64,000 nt of DNA from Hyaloraphidium curvatum SAG 235-1 (Eukaryota > Fungi > Monoblepharomycota), in NCBI GenBank assembly GCA_025558095.1, contig JAIVFI010000022.1, forward strand, positions 642,475-706,474, in the 5' to 3' direction. A program made the translations under genes and the position numbers. Below the pieces are notes generated by a model that was not told where the DNA came from, ran no database searches, and was given only the letters and a program-made list of their open reading frames with translations. Shown here piece by piece: positions 59,639-64,000 of this stretch. The number at the start of each line of letters is the position of its first letter. The stretch's first letter is position 1.

Positions 59639-59933
59639 GTGTCTTTTCGTACCGTGCAATGGCAAGTAGACGGTCTTTCCTTTGTCCGACCGAAACAGAA
59701 CTAATGTGGACTGAAAGCAGATGCAAAGTGGACCAGTGGCAGCTAGCAAACGGACCTGGCCCCCGAATCGTTTATCCAAAGCGAGATGAACGTAGACATA
59801 CTTGATTGGCCGGAAAGGACGCCTTTCACCTCCCGCACTTCCTCTTACGGATCCCGAATTCGGCGAATTGGCGCGCGGCGCTTTGGCGTGAGTCGCGCAA
59901 ACCGTCCGCGCGACCACACATCCATATCCCGGA

Positions 59934-62900
59934 ATGACCGCCGCTGGATCACCGTCCTCCGGCGCGCCGTCGGCAGTCAGCGGCGCGCCGGCCCATGCGC
60001 CGCTGATCCAGCCCTGCTTGGCGCTTCTCAAGGCAATCCGTCTCGGGGGCACCAAACAGGCCGCACACGCCGCTAAGCTTGCAGAGCTCACCCGAGGCTC
60101 GGAGCTCGCGCTCGGTGGTCAAAGCGCATTTGCACTGTCGTTTTGCGAGGTCTTCCGGGCTCTTGATAGCGAGCTCCAGACGGTCCTCGCGGATCTCGCG
60201 GAGTGCTGCGGTGCCCTCGTCCGGGAGGACCCACGGGTGCCGGCAGACCCGCTTGTGGGCAAGATCCAGCTCCTGCAGTCAGCTTTTGATTCAGAAGACT
60301 GGCCTGCGGCCTTCTCTGCCACCGAGGATCTCGTCACAAACAAAGAGCTCTTCGCTTTGGGGCAGCATGCTGCTGCGCTTGCCGCCTTCGACGAGGTATT
60401 CGCTCTGCTGGGCCAGCACGCATCCGAACAAGCGCTCGATATTATGGTCAAGCTTGTGGACGTTTGGGAGTACCGGAATCGCGCCGAGTCCTCAGAAAGC
60501 CTGGGGAAACCCTCCTCTGAGTCGGATTCCGTGGCCGGCTCCCAAGACCCGCTCCCCTTCACCTCACCGCGCTACAGCGGCGCCGCAACCATGTATCCGT
60601 TCGCTAGACAGGCCGTGGTCACCGCCCAAACGGTGGAGGACGCACCCTCGAGCATGGAGCCGCAGTGTGAGACCCCGCGTGTTTTCGCTGTCACAACTGC
60701 TGACGTCGCTGTCCCCGTATCAGTCACCGCCGAGGGAATCATCTGGCCCGACTTCTTCACGCTCCGGAAAGCGAGTGCAAAGGAGGACACGGAGAAGCAG
60801 GGGGAAACGCTGGTCATGATCCAAGACATCTTTGCAGCTTTCCATCCGACACCCGACTTGGCCGAGCTGAAGGGCTACATCGCCAAGCCGCGGTACAAGA
60901 CGCGATCTGCGCCCAAAGACGGCAGAGAGAACGGCACTGATACTGGGTATGTGCCGTGCAAGGACCAATGGATTGCAATTGGAGCGTGGATGTTTTTCGC
61001 GTGCCTCGACGAGGACGAGAAGGCAGCATTCGTCTTCAACATCAAGGCTGTGATGGTGCGTTATGCGATGGAGGCTGCTCGGTCTTTGCGCAGTCTTCTG
61101 ACTGATGCCACCGCAGCAGGTTTCGCGGGACGAAATCGGAAACCTCTTCAATGACTTGCGGGACGAAGACGGCAATCTTCCACAAATGAAACACATGAAG
61201 ATCAGCGGCGCGGGGCCGAAGGTTGTTCTCTACAAGAACCGCTTCCAGACCTACGTCGGAAACGTACGTGAACCCAGTGCAGGCGGACTTGGCCATATGG
61301 ATGCGGACTGATCATTCGATCGTTCTCGCTGCAGATGATCAAGAGCTTCCCGTATTTGGCATTCTACGAGGACGCCTGGATCCTGGCAGTGATCTACTCG
61401 ACGCAACGCAGGGGCGTGGCGAAGGCAAGTGCGTGACTTCGCTGTGACCGCAGAGCCTGTGTGCACCTCTCACCAATTGCTTCCCAGTCAAGGACCAGGA
61501 GAAGGACCAGCAGCAGGATCCTGCTGTGGACGGCGACCCACAGCCGTCGGCTTTGGATACGCCTTTTCCGCCCCCGCGCCTGGACAGCGACGAGCAGATG
61601 CGCCTCAAGAAGATCGAGAAGAAGAAATGTGGGTCTTTGCTTGCAGCGAGCACGCGATCGGCACGCACCGTCCGTTCTCATTGCTCGTCATTAGCCAAAG
61701 CCGCACCCCAGCCCGCAACTGTCGCCATGCCCGCAGCCGTTGCCAAGCCCGCAGCCGTTGCCAAGCCCGCACCCGTGCGCAAGCACGCAACCGCGCCCAA
61801 GTCCACCGCAGCAGCAGCCGTGCCCAAGCCCGCAGCAGCCGCACCCAAGTCCAGGGAGGCCAGTGCAGCCGTGCCCAAGCCCGCAGCAGGCGCCCCCAAG
61901 TCCACCGCAGCCGTGCCCAAGCCCGCAGTAGCCGCGCCCAAGTCCACTGCAGCAGTGCCCAAGCCCGCAGCAGCCGCGTCCAAGCCCGCAACCGCGCCCA
62001 AGGCCACCGCAGCCGCACCAAAGCCAGCAGCCACGCCGGAACCCGCAGCAGCCGCCAAGCCCCCGCTCCTCCCGCAGAAGCTGCCCGCACAGAAGCCGAT
62101 CTCACAGAAGCCGGTGAAGGTGGCGTCTGGTTCGGGGATCTCCGCAGCCGGCGCCCCACCACTGCCCCGCGAGCCCGACTCAGACATCCGCGAAGTCGAC
62201 GCCGCTGAAGTGGCGCCGGCCAAGGTCTACCAGACTACGAAAACCAAGCCTCATCCGCCAACGGAGGATCCATTGTACTGGGAGGCTTGCGCTGGCATCT
62301 CGCGCGAGGAGTTCGTTTCGAACTTCATCGACGGAGGTAGGTGCCGCCACCGCACCAATCCCGATAAATGACACCGCGTTCCACGCAAGCAGACGATCTC
62401 GACGTAAACCATTTCCGGGTTTCGGCCGGCAGAATCGTTTACCTGGCGAAATCCGGCAAGCTGGATTCTCTGTCTGGGACTGTGGCATCGGGCGCGTCGT
62501 CGTCGTCGACATTTGATTCCATCCAACCCCTCGCGCAGCTCATCATCAAGCTGTTTCCTTGGGTCCTGGCGAACAGCCCGCGGAGTACCGACGACGTTAT
62601 TCGACTGATTCGCGGGGGACCTTCTCCGAGCCCTCCACGCAGCTCCTCGCCGCGAGCATTGGTATCTCAGGCCGCATCGGATGACCCGGTCGATGGTCCA
62701 TCACCAGCTACCCGTGCGTCTGCGGCCGATCGCAAGTTCTTGACTGATGGCGCCTCTTCCGTTCTCTAGAGCGCTCGGACAGCAGCAGCAACGATTCGCC
62801 CGACGAGAGCGAGGAATCCTCTGCCGAAGACTCCGAATCCGTGCTCGGCGCAAACTTGGGCGAGTCACATGGCCCACGAGTACGCCGTCGTGGAGCTACC

Positions 62901-63262
62901 GTTGACGCTGGTAGGTTGCAAACTCGGGTGCTGGTCAAGTTGCTGACAACCTCCCCTCTCCTTCCGGCCAAGCTACAACCAAGAAGCCGCGCAATTCCAA
63001 GAAGACCGGCTCCACCGCGAACAAGAAGCCGGCGGTCAAGTCGACGGCAGGCAAGTCGATGGCAGACAAGGGAGGACGCGGGAAGGAGAACGCTGATTCA
63101 CGCGGAAACAGTGCGTACGCTGGCTACGCGCGACTGGACGCTGATTGCCACCTTCCAACAGGCCAGCAGAACAGCATCACCGACTACTTTTCCCAGCCAG
63201 ACCCTCCTGAGCGTCTCCCGCAGCGTTCGAACCGGTTCAATGGAACCTTTTCGGGGCTCTAG
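59934..63262 (+). CDS. Multi-exon accessory protein with PKPAAA repeats and a C-terminal PIP-box
   Basis: ORFs 59934-61154, 61105-61311, 61526-62371, 62368-62769 and 63059-63262 can be linked by GT-AG introns; QNSITDYF near the end; could be two genes. Confidence 0.5.
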
Positions 63263-63569
63263 GGACAACCACAGGCACGTGCGGCGGGAGCATGGGTAGG
63301 TAGGCTTGGACGCGTACTGCCCGAGCAAAGGTGCATTGACAGCGGATCGCATGCGGATCTGAAGCAGACGACATGCGGATCTGAAGCAGACAACATACGG
63401 ATCTGAAGCAGACATCAAGTGGATACTTAGCAGAGGAATTACGGGAAGTGAAACGGAGAACGATCAGTAGTCTGGCAGATGTCTATTGGGAGTGCTGGCG
63501 GGGTGTCAAAAGTCATGGGGCCAAATAAAAGGACCGGGCAAACGTTTTCGGCGCCCGATGCCGACCATT

Positions 63570-63862
63570 GTTCCCATGTCAAGACCAATGTCAGAAAAGG
63601 CTTTCCCATGTCGCACACCGCGGTTCCCATGTTTAACCCATGTGGGATACCGCCTTCCCATGCCACGATCCCATGTTGCACACAGGCATCCCATGCGATG
63701 CACAAAGACTTTCCCATTTTGGGCCCCATTCTCGGGCCCTGGTCCTTTCCCCCACCAAGGAAATTCCCATGTTCCCTATCTCAGATTCCCATGTTGACCG
63801 ACCTCGGACCACTGGAATTCCCATGTCGGGCCCCATGTCCGGCCCATGTCGGACCCCATGTT
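63570..63862 (-). repeat. Right subterminal CCCATG repeats (inverted relative to the left array)
   Basis: More than 12 CCCATG units. Confidence 0.85.
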
Positions 63863-63865
63863 CAC

Positions 63866-64000
63866 TTAGGTTAGGTTAGGTTAGGTTAGGTTAGGTTAGG
63901 TTAGGTTAGGTTAGGTTAGGTTAGGTTAGGTTAGGTTAGGTTAGGTTAGGTTAGGTTAGGTTAGGTTAGGTTAGGTTAGGTTAGGTTAGGTTAGGTTAGG
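63866..64000 (+). repeat. Telomere (TTAGG)27
   Basis: Perfect pentamer array to the window end, G-rich strand running 5'->3' outward. Confidence 0.95.

Larger units (their letters stand above)
44571..63865. mobile_element. Giant CACTA/EnSpm (CMC)-type DNA transposon with cargo; right end lost to the telomere
   Basis: Sharp left junction CCCTATGAGAAATTTCCATGGG inside the integrase; CATGGG arrays at left and inverted CCCATG arrays at right; Tnp2-type transposase; visibly lower GC than host genes. Confidence 0.8.

Noticed and set aside
44919-63460. Phased arrays as CRISPR-like loci
   Set aside because: Units are 11 nt and degenerate, with no unique spacers and no cas genes; the context is eukaryotic
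44571-63865. Starship, Polinton or endogenous virus
   Set aside because: No tyrosine recombinase captain, DNA polymerase, capsid or packaging ATPase motifs seen; the DDE CACTA transposase and subterminal repeats explain the region
63000-64000. SART/TRAS-type telomeric retrotransposon
   Set aside because: No reverse transcriptase or poly(A) next to the TTAGG array
1-64000. tRNA or rRNA genes
   Set aside because: None recognised by eye; tRNAscan-SE and Infernal were not run

Overview
GC-rich, intron-containing eukaryotic DNA at a chromosome end. Fox2, fungal-specific TF domains and short GT-AG introns with CTGAC/CTAAC branch sites point to a fungus. I infer an early-diverging one such as a monoblepharid or chytrid relative, but the sequence alone cannot prove this. 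Positions 1-41.6 kb hold host genes: SDRs, two kinases, paired paralogues (GATA, fungal-TF-domain, 7TM-like membrane proteins), F-box family relics, a GPI-type EGF protein, and a Cys-less pentameric ligand-gated ion channel, which is unexpected in a fungus. From 41.7 kb the window is a nest of mobile elements. A CRE-like non-LTR fragment is interrupted by a chromodomain Ty3/gypsy element, which is interrupted by a >19 kb CACTA/EnSpm-type DNA transposon. That transposon is cut off inside its right subterminal repeats by a (TTAGG)27 telomere. It carries an apparently intact transposase plus SET-domain, Ulp1-like protease, F-box, C2H2 and PIP-box cargo. Seven of its intergenic spacers contain arrays of the same degenerate motif at 11-bp phase. 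All calls come from reading motifs by eye; exon boundaries are approximate.
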